Assembly: GCA_965153355.1 (NCBI GenBank)
Contig: OZ231126.1
Location: 6,138,001-6,202,000, forward strand
DNA from: Flaccisagitta enflata
Taxonomy: Eukaryota
Reading direction: 5' to 3'
Length of the DNA stretch: 64,000 nucleotides
In this document: piece after piece, positions 14,245-26,341 of the stretch
Layout: each line of letters begins with the position of its first letter
Position numbering within the stretch: the first letter of the stretch is position 1
Made by a program: the position numbers and the translations under genes
Notes under the pieces: model-generated
Database searches by the model: none
What the model saw: only the letters and a program-made list of their open reading frames with translations
Told to the model about the DNA's origin: nothing

Positions 14245-14657
14245 AGTGGGGAAAGGCAGGAGTGGGGAAGGGCAGGAGTGGGGAAGGGCAGGAGTGGGGA
14301 AGGGCAGGAGTGGGGAAGGGCAGGAGTGGGGAAGGGCAGGAGTGGGGAAGGGCAGGAGTGGGGAAGGGCAGGAGTGGGGAAGGGTAGGAGTGGGGAAGGG
14401 CAGGAGTGGGGAAGGGCAGGAGTGGGGAAGGGCAGGAGTGGGGAAGGGCAGGAGTGGGGAAGGGCAGGAGTGGGGAAGGGCAGGAGTGGGGAAGGGCGAG
14501 TGGGGAAGGGTGAGTTGGGCAGGGGCAGTGGAAGAGTGGCTCAATTTCAGAGACTGTCTGCATCAAATTTGTGTTTCCCATAGCCATTCTGCATTTGCCC
14601 TTCCCCACTCCTGCCCTTCCCCACTCCTGCCCTTCCCCACTCCTGCCCTTCCCCACT
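14245..14657. repeat. 16-bp G-rich minisatellite (GTGGGGAAGGGCAGGA)n with an adjacent inverted block
   Basis: About 17 tandem units at 14245-14520 and about 4 reverse-complement units at 14597-14657. Confidence 0.9.
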
Positions 14658-15965
14658 ACTCGAGAAGGGTAATATTGTTAACAACTGCCTTTGTTTGTTA
14701 GTGTTTTTACACTCGAGGGGGGGAATATTTGAATTTCGGACAACTACGGTTTTTCTACAATTCACGCGTAAATCGTCAATCTGGTGAATCAGCCCACATC
14801 GATAGGGATATCTCGTGAATTTTTCTAGCGATTCTCATAAAATTTTGCCTGAAAACTCACTTAAGCAAAGCCTAGTTTACGTGAGTGCATCATGAAGTTT
14901 TCTATTAGGCGAGACCAGTCAGGGGGGAGGGGGACACCCGCTAAGCGCCGCCCCTCTTAAACACGGACTAAAGTTGATAAAAATTTCAAATTTTTAAAAT
15001 CAAGATTTTTAAATGTTTTAGAAAATTCTGGATCAATTGAGACCAACTTTTATTTCAAAAAAAATTTTTCCCCTCTGACCCCCCCCCCCTCTCGGTGGCC
15101 TGAGGGGGGGGGGGGTAAATAGGGGGCCATTAAGCATCGGCAATACCCAAATCCCATCCCCTAAATATTAGGGTTCAAGATTCTCTCATAGTCAACTATA
15201 AATATCTGATTCTAAAAATATGATTTTTTCAAGGCCAAATGTGAGTCTGTTGCTGATATCGTCCCCGATCATTTGAAAAAAATCAAGAATATTAATTTTA
15301 GAAATTTTTATTTTAAGATTTTCAAAAATTAACAAAAATAAATTGTGTTAAAAGAGAATATGAAAAAAACATGAAGAGTGATGCAAATTAAGTGCCAATT
15401 AGGGCCCAAGAAAACTATGTTTTTGAAGTTCACTCAAAAAACACTTAAATTGGAATCAGCAGTGAAAATTGCTACCACTTTAGTCGGATTCTGCTTTAAG
15501 TGGTTTGGGAGCATTTTCAGATGAGGATTTGGCCTTGAGTGCCCTCCTCTTCCTGCTTGGGCGAAGCTTTATTTCAAGTAGATTTGGGTTGAAATGTATG
15601 AAACCCAGCCCTCATCTAGTCCTTCATCTAGTCATCTAGTCCCTCATCTAACCTTAACCCTAAAATCACCCCTAACCCCAACCTAAACCCCATCCCTAGC
15701 CCTAAATAAAGACCCGCTTAGAAAATCAGTAAAACAAAAGACCTCACCAACTACGAAAACTACCGGTAAATGTGTAATTACTAGCTAGCAAGTAGCAGAA
15801 ATTACTGACGCTTAGGAATAGTAACTTTATAATATTTGTTTAATTTAACATCACAAGTTGCAAAAATATCGTGCAATTGTAAGGAGTCCTACCACCCTAT
15901 TACTGTACACAACAGTAGAAGAACCCACTGTTATGTTACTTTTTACTCACAATTATACATATGTT

Positions 15966-16418
15966 TTAAGTGCGATCAATATCTCCACAAGTGAACATAT
16001 AACCTTTTAGAATACCACAACAGCTGAACGACACACTTTTTTCGTCCCAATGATAATGAGCATGATGTCCATAATAATCAGAGCTGACCACAAAATGCAA
16101 CAAATCCGGATCAGAAATAAAAGTGTGTTTCCAAGCTATTTCTCCCTTCACCTGTCCACTGCACCCTTCATCGCACTCTTCACTGCACTCTTCACTGCAC
16201 TTTTTAGGAATTTTGTGAAACTCGCAAACGCTCTCTTTTTTGACAATATTCTTTAAGTAGGCCACATCTTTTTTCTGCTCAGAAACCATTGGCGTGAGTT
16301 CATCGAGTCTCTTTGTAGAGGCGGCCAAGTTCAAGTTTTGCTTGGAAACCATTCGCGTGAGTTCATCGAGTCTCTTTTTATTAACGGCCGCGTCTTGCTT
16401 GACTTGGGCGAGATCCTT
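15966..16418 (-). CDS. Probable terminal exon of an unidentified gene (coiled-coil repeat plus small Cys/His-containing domain)
   Basis: An acceptor-like ...ctttaataaag precedes an open frame: DLAQVKQDAAVNKKRLDELTRMVSKQNLNLAASTKRLDELTPMVSEQ (internal duplication), then ...CEFHKIPKKCSEECSEECDEGC...WKHTFISDPDL...*. Upstream exons were not resolved. Confidence 0.4.
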   Translation of the reverse strand, partial: KDLAQVKQDAAVNKKRLDELTRMVSKQNLNLAASTKRLDELTPMVSEQKKDVAYLKNIVKKESVCEFHKIPKKCSEECSEECDEGCSGQVKGEIAWKHTFISDPDLLHFVVSSDYYGHHAHYHWDEKSVSFSCCGILKGYMFTCGDIDRT

Positions 16419-17179
16419 TATTAAAGTAGTATAAGAAGGTCCAATTAAAGAAATGGATCCGGTACCAATTTTTAGTCGCGTGCTACGCGACTCTACAACC
16501 CGCTTTGTCCATCCGTCCGTCTGTCCGTCCGTCCGTCCGTCACACTTTACTTTTTTGGGTTTTTGCGGTTTTTGGCCTCACTGCTCCTGCCCAAATGATG
16601 GAGTGACCTCAATTATGGCCCCTGCCCACCCGCACGCGACTGGGGTAGCCGTGTATCCGGCCTTGTTTTGTTGAAATCCCATCCCTGGCATGTGCTGAGA
16701 TGGTTTTCATAGCTCAAGGGTATTTTTGTAGAAATCATGGCCCCCCCAAGAATAACAAAAAATCATGCAAATCAGGGGAAAATCTTTGTCCACCACCCCC
16801 ATTTTTGTGAGCTCATATTTTCTAAACAAATAAAGCTAATGACCTCAACTTGGGCTCATTTTAAAGAACAGACACAGCTCTTTAAAATGAACCCAAGTTG
16901 AGGTCATTAGTTCAATTCGTTTAGGAGCAGCAGTCCTTCGGAGTTGATGCTTCTTTTGAGAAAAAGATGAATTGACCCCTCTCTTTGTAGGTCCCTATCT
17001 TTTAAACGAATTGAGCTACAGACCTCAACTTGGGCTCGTTTTAAAGAACCGACAGTTATGTTTTTAAATAAGCCCAAGTTGAGGTCGCTAGCAAAATTTG
17101 TTACAGAGAAACAGTCTTCCAAAGTGGATACTTCTTTTGAAAATAAAAGTATTATCCCTTTGTTTCTGTCAGTTACCCA

Positions 17180-18700
17180 AGTTGTTTGCGGGTGGGAAGG
17201 GGCAGTGATGACATGTCATCCGAGGATCGCACATGGTCAGCGGTACCCAATACACTCTTTTCTTTGACTAAGAACCTTGTTTATAAGAACATTGAGGCTC
17301 AGATTTGAAAAAAAATAAGAACAATCATAAGAACATCGTCAGCCTCAGAATTGGCAGGATTATAAGAACATTCTAATTGGTTTTGCTCTTGGTTAATGAG
17401 GGAACTGCTGTAAAAAAAAGAATTATGACTGTGTTACTATGGTTTACATCAATCAGCCTTACACTTTGTTTGTGATTGATATTTTAGATCTCATATCCTT
17501 TTAATTAGAATTAGATCATTTTTGTAAAAGCTGACAATTACAAAAAATAAGAACATCTTAAGAACAATTTGAGCCTCAAATTGCTTTAAAAGCAAGAACA
17601 ATGAGCCTCAGAAAAAAATAACATGTTCTTATAAGAAAAAAAGAGTGTACCCTGCTTGGAGAGAAGAAGTAGTGAGAGCAGGGCAGTGGCCCCAAAGGGC
17701 CAATGTCCTGTAGGACACAGGGCTGAATTTCCAGACGTCCTGGGAAGGAATATATCAGGCCGCACCTGACAGAGGGGGTGATTGAAGGCGGATTTTAGGT
17801 CTGATTTGAGGTACGAGGGGCAGGCTTGAGGCCTAAAGGACAGATTTGAAGCCTGAAGAGCTGATTAAAGGCCTGGAGGGCTGATGTGAGGTTTGGGAGG
17901 TCAGATTTGCGGTCTCCAGGGCAAGATTGAGGCCTGAGAGAGCTAATTTGAGGGCTGAACCAGCCGCCCAAGGGTAATATGTGGTCAGCGATACCCATTG
18001 CCCTGCTTTGCATGGTTGTGAATCAGAATGAGAGGAAGCAGGGCAGCGGCCCCGAAACGGACGATGTCCTGTAGAACCCAGGACACTTTTGTTTGTTTGT
18101 CTGTTCTTCCATCCGCCCCCCAAGGCTCTCTCAGGCCTTGAATCTGTCCTCTCAGGCCTTAATTCTACCCTCTCAGGCCTGAAATCCGCCCTCCCAGGCC
18201 TTGAATCTGAGAGGGCAGATTTAAAGCTTGAGAGAACAGATTTCAAGCCTAAGAGGATAGATTCAAGGCCTGAGGGCATATTTCAGGCCTGAAAGAGCAG
18301 ATTTAGGGCCTGAGAGAGCAGATTTCAAATCTGACAAGGCAGATTTTAGGCTGGAGAGAGCAGATTTTAGGCCTGAGAGAGCAGATTTCAGACCTGAGAG
18401 GGCAGATCTCAGGCCCAAGAGGGCAGATTTCAGGCCTGAGAGGGTCAGGGGGGACAAACGGATAAATGAACAAACCAAATAGCAGCCCAAAGGCAGTAAG
18501 TGGTCAGCGGTACCCGTGCCCTGCTTGAGTAGGAAGTGATTAAGGTTGAGAGGGAGCAGGGCAGCGGCCCCGAAGGGGACGAAGTCCTGTAGAACACAGG
18601 GGGAATCTGTCCATCCGTCCGTCCGTCCGTCCGTCCGTCCTGTCTGCCTTCCTTCTGTCCAGGATGCCCTGTTATTCAAATTTTCATTGAATTTCATGGC
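17180..18700. mobile_element. Cluster of a dispersed non-autonomous repeat family (HINE/DINE-1-like) with 21-bp central tandem repeats; other copies at ~13280-13790 and ~62890-63440
   Basis: Shared core GGGCAGCGGCCCC-AA-GG-CGA-GTCCTGTAG-ACACAGGGG, a (GTCC)n microsatellite and degenerate AGGCCTGAGAGGGCAGATTTC repeats. The family assignment is inferred from this architecture. Confidence 0.6.
17253..17647. mobile_element. MITE with TA duplication, inserted into another dispersed repeat
   Basis: TIR CACTCTTTT...AAAAGAGTG flanked by TA (17251-52, 17648-49), with many internal TAAGAAC motifs. It splits the GGTCAGCGGTACCC..CCCTGCTTGGAG motif that is contiguous at ~62915-62945. Confidence 0.75.
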
Positions 18701-18747
18701 GAAATGACAAAAGGCAGTGTATGGACAATGGTACCCTTGCCCTTATT

Positions 18748-21700
18748 GTATAGTTTGTAGGTTAAGTTGAGGGAGGAGCCCTTTGCAAGCGAATGCTCGT
18801 CGAATCCACGACGTCAAATTCCAAGGAAGTGATGGGGAAGGCTGGAATGAAGAGTAATGGGATGAAATAGACTGGCAGATTCAAGGATGACTTATTGGGG
18901 AAACAAGATTAAACGCCGGATAAGACGTAACGGGAGAGTGGAATAAACGGATAATGACAGTTTAAAGGTAAAAGGTGTAAGACTATGATATATGGATTGC
19001 GCTGAGCTGCCAATGGTTCTGATATTCTGATAAAGACTCTCGTGATTGATTCGTACTGTAGATGGTAGTATCATGGGAATGGCGTGTAATCATTATATAT
19101 CCTTTTCACTGTTGCATGTGTATTAATCATTAACAATGCTAAGTAGTGATCTGTCTATGCTTACAATCACACAAGTGCATGTATCTCTTTCTTCTATCAT
19201 AGATTAACAAGGTGGACTGCTGGGTCCTTATTCTGGCCTAAATACTTTAACATCACGGCCGCATATTAACATTATCTAACTGTCGATTAACATCTGTGGA
19301 CACATGGTTGGCTGCCCGTTGCATGCCGTGTCATCTTGCATGTTTTGGATATCATCTTTCTCTTTCCCATGCTCAGGACCGCAAGATCCTTTGTCATCCC
19401 CGATGCCATAATCATATTAACACACTGTGCACACTAACCTAACTCTTATCCAATCAATCAATTATCCCACGGACAGCCGGCACAATCCATTTGGCAGGCA
19501 CATCAAGTAAGAGGACACCAACAACAATCACCCTCTTACAAGTGGTGCATCGGTACCCGTACCCATACACCCTCTGTGTCCCATAGTACAATCCAAAAGT
19601 AAAAAGTTGAAGAAACATTGGAGTTTCACTTAGGGTCCACTTTGAAACGATAGGTCGATCAGAAGTGGATAGAATCCATTGCTCCTTTTTACTCGAGGCC
19701 TGCACTACCCTCATGTAAACCACCTTATGCCCACAATTCCTTCATTGCACTGATGCTTAAAGCCCAGGCCAGGGCCTGTTCATGTGGTAGACGTCCGACC
19801 ATAAAGGGTAGAACTGCCTATTTCTTTTGGTCGTTTCTCCTTTAAGGCCTCTATTCACTCTTACAAGAAACATTTCTCAAGGATGGAGGACCTGGTAAAG
19901 CCTATAACTTCTGGGAAGCAGTTTTCTCAGTGAGCCAGCTTCTTTGTGCAAAGTCTCTTGGAAGTATTTCTTCTTTATTTTCTGTGGGTTCCTTGCATTC
20001 ACTTATCTTTTAAGGACCCAGCTGCCCACCTCCAAACCCATTTTCTTTATAACTCAGTTTCCTTTTGAGCTTCCAACTCTCCTTTCACTCCCTTCTTTTA
20101 TTTAATCCATCCTAATAACCTTAAAGCACTGGCAAGAAAATCCCATCAGCACCCTGCAACGTGGAGGTTAGCCCTCCTCCACCCTGCAACTCCAACCTCA
20201 ACACCAGCATCCACTTTCACTCTGCCAATGCCGCCAAAGCCCCAAGGTTCTGCATTGCCCAGCGGACCCAAGGGAAGGACGACACCATCATCTTCACCAG
20301 TCCCCGCAGTTTAACCAGCCTACATCATTTTCCACATATACTTCAGGTTTCAGTCCCGCATCGACTGCCACCGACTTTTCCTTTCTTTCTCCTCACTCTG
20401 CATGCTTCTGCCTTGAAAAACAATTAGTCCTCTAATTACCATCCACACACACAGTTACATGCAAGTTTTTCTGTTTCCTAACACGCCGCTGACGGAAACA
20501 CACCAGGTGATTCACAAAAAAATCACAAGTCAAATTTTACCATAATTGTTGGAAAAAAAAACATAGCAAAATGGCAGATTCAAGATCCGTTACGTCTCTC
20601 CCAATTCATGACTTCAGGACAGACATCGACGACCCAGTTGTCTGGCTGCCCCTGTTTGAAGACACTGTCGAAATGTGTCTGCACCCGGCGGATGCAAACA
20701 CCAAAAATGCACTTCTCAAAAAGTGGTTCCCACTGAAGGTTGACGACCGAGCCAGACAAAAGCTACTTGGCATCACAACCCAGGTTTGGGATGAGATCAA
20801 AGCTGCTTTCATTAAGTCGTTGGCTGATCCACAAGAGGAGTATAACTGGCACGCTCGCAGACAAACCATAACCTGGGATGGGGTAGAACCATTTCACGAC
20901 TTAGCCACAAGAATCCGCAGAGCAGTTGACAAGTACGAGCCTGCAGCAGTAAGGAAAAACGAATACTTTTTCAGATTCAGGATGGCACTTCCAAAAGACT
21001 ACAAACGCGAAATTGACATTTGGTGCCCAAGAAACAACCGCACCATTGCTGAGGCACAAGACATTGCCGAGCGTGTGAGGCTAGCAAATGCTGAGGAGAG
21101 GGCAGAGACCCTGGGAGCCGCTGCCCCTGCCCAGCCTACAACTTTCACTGCTGCGGCAATGACAGGAGGCAGAGTTGATGCCTTGAAGAGACAGTTGGAA
21201 GGCCTCTCACTCCGCTTAGGCAATATGAAAGCGAGAAGGAACCGTTCTGAATCCCAGAATCGCGATCGAGACCACTGGGATGACACCCATTACAGCCCTG
21301 AGTCTCATCGACAACACAGTCGAGTTTACCGATACCATGGCCCAGATGGCGGACGCCATAGCCCAGATGGCGGACGCCATAGCCCAGATGGCAGACGCCA
21401 TAGCCCAGATAGCAGAGGCCACAGCCCAGATCGCAGACGCCATAGTCCGGATCGCAGACGCCATAGTCCAGATAGCAGACGCCATAGCTCAGATAACAGA
21501 CGCCATAGCCCAGATCGCAGACGCTATAGCCCAGATCGCAGACGCTATAGCCCAGATCGCAGACGCAATAGCCCAGATCGTAGACGCAATAGCCCAGATC
21601 GCCGCAACCGCATCCCAGATCGCCGCAACCGCAGCCCGGATCAAAATGGTCGAGACCGTGGCTACAATGACCTCCACCAGGATTATGGTGGTGACTATTA

Positions 21701-23180
21701 GGGCAAGGCCAAATTTGGGATGCCAACCCAAAACCGGCAAACCAAAACAAAAGGTTTTGCATAATTCATAATCATTTGTAACTCACAATTAGGATTTTAT
21801 TGATATTAATTATCATTTCTGTTTACTCACTTGCAAGTATGTTAATCTTGCAAGAGCCTCAGGTCGGGTTTAAACTAGCCGCTAAACTTTCCTGATGAAT
21901 TAAGAAAACCTGATTACCATATTAGACAGTGTTCAATTATGTGGTTTACGGAAGAAGAAACGTCGGTGCTTTTCCTTTTTTCCACTTTGTGATATCTGCG
22001 CCCTTCATTCGGTGCCTATCTGTTGTTGCTCCACTTAAATCTGGGGAAGTTGAGAACACTGAAAATCTACTCGGGAATTCACACTTCTGTTGAGTATAGC
22101 CTGAGTTGCCAAGCATACTGGAATTAAGATGCCGCCACTTCTTTTTGATTAGATTTTTTCATCATAACAGTCTCTGATGCTAAATTATAAGTAAACTATA
22201 TGCTTAAACATTAAAAACTGATGAAATATTGAGGAAGGGAGTAGTTGTCTTGTGGTTCCTTTTGTTAAAAATTGTTTATGCCTTTCCACTTAAGCTTAAT
22301 AAAAAAAAAAATTCAAAACATCAACTTTTTCCAAAATCATTGAAAGGTGCAGGGTAATAGCCCTTTTTAGACTCTCCCAGCGGCTCTCTTCTTTACACAT
22401 GGAAAAATTTTACCAAATTTTAACCAATAATATTTTACCTTTCACACAAAATTATTGTTTTCCTTTTTCCCTTCGCCAACACTTTGCCAAAAGTTGCAGT
22501 CCCGCATCGACTGACACTGACAATTTTGCACTCACAATTCTCACAACAAGTCAGTTAATTCATTTAGCCCACCACCATGACGAATTTAGTTGTATCGTTT
22601 TAACATTACACCCTTCTGCCTTGCTTTTTCTGGGCCTTCTGTATAAAGACCTTTACTGCTAGATAGCCATGTAGTCGAGTCCTTACAGAAATTAGCCTTC
22701 CATTAGTTTATTGGATATAGCTCACCCGCGGTTGAGGAATAATCATATCCTCAAAACTAAACATGTCTCGCATGCAAATACACTGAAGCACACGTTCATC
22801 ACTCTCACTTGCAATGCCAGCAAGCTAGAGTACGCACAAGCACACGGTCATTAGGCTCACTTGCAATGCCAGCAAGCTAAAAGTCTACTGAAGTAAGAAG
22901 ATCTCTCTTAAGAAAACTCAAGATGACAAAGAAAACGAAGATGTAATTTCCGAATGCCTCTGGACTCAAAATGGAAAGGTACCTATGATCTGAACGATGG
23001 CAACTGTTGCAAATTATAAGAAATGTTACTATCATCCCACCATGAATGATTGAATGAATGTTTATGCCGGCCACATAATGTTTGAATGCAACTGAAGTGA
23101 TATACGAATATGTGTTGAGACAAATCTAAGCTGTAACTATTTATCCCTTATGCGCAAAGGGAGAGCTGCAGAATTTGTTT
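18748..23180 (+). mobile_element. Probable gag-only or truncated LTR element surrounding the Gag ORF
   Basis: A block free of microsatellites, beginning TGTATAG. A possible LTR end plus TGG PBS-like site lies at ~19484-19505, and a PPT-like AAAGGGAGAG lies at ~23156-23165 followed by TG. No matching second LTR was found, so the boundaries are tentative. Confidence 0.35.
20571..21701 (+). CDS. Ty3/Gypsy-like retrotransposon Gag (capsid-like domain) with C-terminal Arg-rich heptad repeats; no pol follows
   Basis: Intronless 376-aa ORF. F....DPVVWLPLFE...WDEIKAAF...EPFHDLATRIRRAV...FRFRMALP...TIAEAQDIAER resembles a retrotransposon capsid. It is followed by 15 heptads of consensus [HYN]SPDRRR (21-bp units, ~21336-21650). 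Confidence 0.7.
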   Translation: MADSRSVTSLPIHDFRTDIDDPVVWLPLFEDTVEMCLHPADANTKNALLKKWFPLKVDDRARQKLLGITTQVWDEIKAAFIKSLADPQEEYNWHARRQTITWDGVEPFHDLATRIRRAVDKYEPAAVRKNEYFFRFRMALPKDYKREIDIWCPRNNRTIAEAQDIAERVRLANAEERAETLGAAAPAQPTTFTAAAMTGGRVDALKRQLEGLSLRLGNMKARRNRSESQNRDRDHWDDTHYSPESHRQHSRVYRYHGPDGGRHSPDGGRHSPDGRRHSPDSRGHSPDRRRHSPDRRRHSPDSRRHSSDNRRHSPDRRRYSPDRRRYSPDRRRNSPDRRRNSPDRRNRIPDRRNRSPDQNGRDRGYNDLHQDYGGDY

Positions 23181-24536
23181 ATATTTGTTATTTGGCAACA
23201 TGGGCCAATTGTTTCATCAAGTTTCCCTTCTCTTTGTAGGACCAGGACGCAATGGGAATCAACTGTTACTCACATTTTAAGCGCATTCCAGTCCTGCTTA
23301 TGCTGGAATTGCGCCATCTGCAATTGCAATTTTTGGCTTTGCTTTACGCTGATCCTGCTCAAACCACCATACACAGGTTCACACAATTGCACACACGCAC
23401 ACATGCACATCTTTACACACATACACATCCACTTAACATTTTACAATCGCGGTCTTGTGTGGCCCATCGCTTCCGTGTGATTCTCGTCTCATCGCCGCCA
23501 TCAAATATGAGTCTAGCTCCCGCTGTCATCTCCCGCGTCAGTCTATTTATTTTGTGAGAGGAATTGATGCAGTTATGTTTTGTACGTTTCCTAGTGCGAT
23601 CAGGTTTCAACCATGACAATTTTTGCTGTGGTTTATGTCATTCATGAAATCTTAACTTTTTACAATTAGTATTAGACTAGAGCTTAGTGCAAGATTTGAT
23701 GCCTCGTTTTGGACTCGGGGTTGATTTTATCTGAATTATGAAAAATAGTGAGAATGCCCGAAACGTAAAAACAGCGGAAAAAATTTCGAAGACGATACTG
23801 ATCTTTTGTTTTTATCAGGTTTTCCCGTTTGGGCGAAGCTTTAATTCGAGTAGATTCGGGTTGAAATGTATTACACAGCTCTCATCTTGCTCTAACGCTA
23901 GCTCTGAACCTAACCCTAGCCCTAAAACCACCCCAACCCCAACCTTAACCCTAACCCTACCCCTAACCCTAAATAAAAACCCGCTTAGAGAGTCAGTAAA
24001 ACAAAAGACATCACCGAATTCGAAAACAGTACCAAAACAGCGGCCCTCAATATCGAAACCTAAATTACAACGAGAATATCAGCGCAGCATCGACGGATTG
24101 GAATAAGAACAACGCAAGTTCACCATTTTATACATAGTTCGTTGTTTATGATAATTGCTGAGTTTCAAGAGAGGTAATACTGACGGCACGCGATGTATTT
24201 ACAGTCTTTCACTTCGCCACTGATGCCACTCCATGCTGGGGACATGCACAGAGGCGATCGCTATGTCAACTGCATGAATGACCCATTGCCCCAATATGCC
24301 CCAATATGTGTACATCTGAGCTCGATAGTCGATACTCGGCATATGTAGTACTTCGAACTATTTTGCTTACTTGATGGAGTGGCCCAATGCCCAAATCTAC
24401 AGGCTCTATGCTCTGTATACTTCATATATACAGTTTTTTCTCGTAACTCTTCAATCCTTCCGTTTTGCAAATCAAACATATATGTTGCACATTTCATAAG
24501 CAAATGCCATCATCAAAATCGAGCGATGTGGCCACC

Positions 24537-26310
24537 TCATTCATAGCAGGCGTGGTCGTTGTTGCCGTTGTGATCGCACATGCAGTGATCATCCTGATCG
24601 TCATGGGTGTTGTCGTTGTCGTTGGTGGTGGTGGCAGTGGCTTTGTCGCTGGTAGTAGTGGTGGTGGTGGCAGTGGCCTCGCTGGTGGTGGTCGGAATCT
24701 GGCTTTTCAACCACTCCAAGTGGCGAGAGAGTGGTTGTCTTTGTTCCCAGAGACGACGAATGAGTTCCTTGAGGATGACCGCCTCATCGGCCGAACAAAA
24801 AGAAGGGAAGACCTCGACTTCATCGAGCAAATCTAACGGAAGACCGGATAGAAGACGACGATGGATCTGATGTTGAAATGCGAATCAGGAAAAAAGGATG
24901 ATGAGGGCGTGAGGATGTTTTGTAAATGGGATGCGCGCATGAGTGAGTTTATTTATCTTCTATTTTTAAACATTAGTCATGTTCCACCTACTAGCGGAAC
25001 CAGGAACTATAAATATCTTTTAGTTGCGAACACGCGACTCAACAACTCACTCGGTCCGTCTGTCGGTAACGCTTAGTTTTTTTTTTGTCGTTTTACGCCA
25101 TTGTAAGTCACCTTAAGTTATCTAAAGTTAATTTAAGTCTATTTACATTTTGTCTCTTAGTCTTTAGGTATTTTAGAGTTTAGTCAATTGGTCTGATGGT
25201 CTTAACAACCGCAAGCGACTGTAACATGTTGGCCTTGTTTTAATCATTGGCCATTTTCCACCTACTGGCGGATCCAGGAGGCAGGAACTAAACGTTATTT
25301 CGCGGATATGCATGTCAGACTCGCCGAGGCAGAACACGGTTATCATGCGAAGCGCCGAGAAGGAAGTATCCCAAATTATGATTATAGATAATATCTGATG
25401 TCATCATTCTCTAAGTATAATTCCTCATAGCTTCCAGGGGAAGCCCACTTCAAATCTACGAGTTATACAACTTCACGCAAATAGTCTTTACTCAATAGAG
25501 TTTGAGGAACATGGCCTTGTCAGTCGGTTTATTTCAAAATGGTCCGTCGGTTTCTCTCAGCTTTCTCGGCCTAGGAGTCGGTAATAGTCGCGGACTCGCT
25601 GCTCTACAAGAGGCTTTGTCCATCGGTCCCTAGGTCCGTCGATATTGAGTTCAAAAGTGTTTCATGATTTTAGATACTGCGCTTGTGTTCGTGCGTGCGA
25701 GGGAGTGTGGAAGTGGGTTGATATTAAGTTCAGCTTTGTCCAACGGTCCATCGGTCCGTCGATATTGAGTTCAAAAGTGTTTTATGATTTTAGATACTGC
25801 GCTTGTGTTCGTGCGTGCGAGGGGGTGTGGAAGTGGGTTGATATTGAGTTCAGCTTTGTCCATCGGTCCATTGGTCCGTCGATATTGAGTTCAAAAGTGT
25901 TTCATGATTTTAGATACTGCACTTGTGTTTGTGCGTGCAAGGGGGTGTTGAAGTGGGTTGAAATTGAGCTTGGCTTTGTCTATCGGTCCATCGGTCCATC
26001 GATATTGAGTTCAAAAGTGTTTCATAATTTTAGATACTGCGCTTGTGCTCGTGTGTGCAAGGGGGTGTGGAAGTGGGTTGTATGCCCCTACCCCCCCGTC
26101 CGCGACCATAGTGTAACCTCCGAGTTACTTGTTTAACAAATCATGTCTCCACCAATAGCATGACATGCTCAAGCACAGTGCCCCTGCTCATTCGCATAAT
26201 ACACCCAGTGAAGTGAACGAGTGACTTCAACTTCATGTTGCTTAGTCTGTAGGTCAGTCCATCTGAATTTTTGTTTGTTTTTTCTTGTTTTTTTTGTTTT
26301 TTTTTTGTTT

Positions 26311-26341
<31 letters not shown>

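Noticed and set aside
15557-15765. CCTAAC runs (also at ~23830-24030) as interstitial telomere
   Set aside because: Degenerate, and embedded in a dispersed repeat present twice, so more likely a MITE-like element.
21280-21771. Overlapping coiled-coil-like (AIAQIAD)n ORF and antisense ORFs
   Set aside because: Expected by-product of the 21-bp repeat in gag; no independent support.
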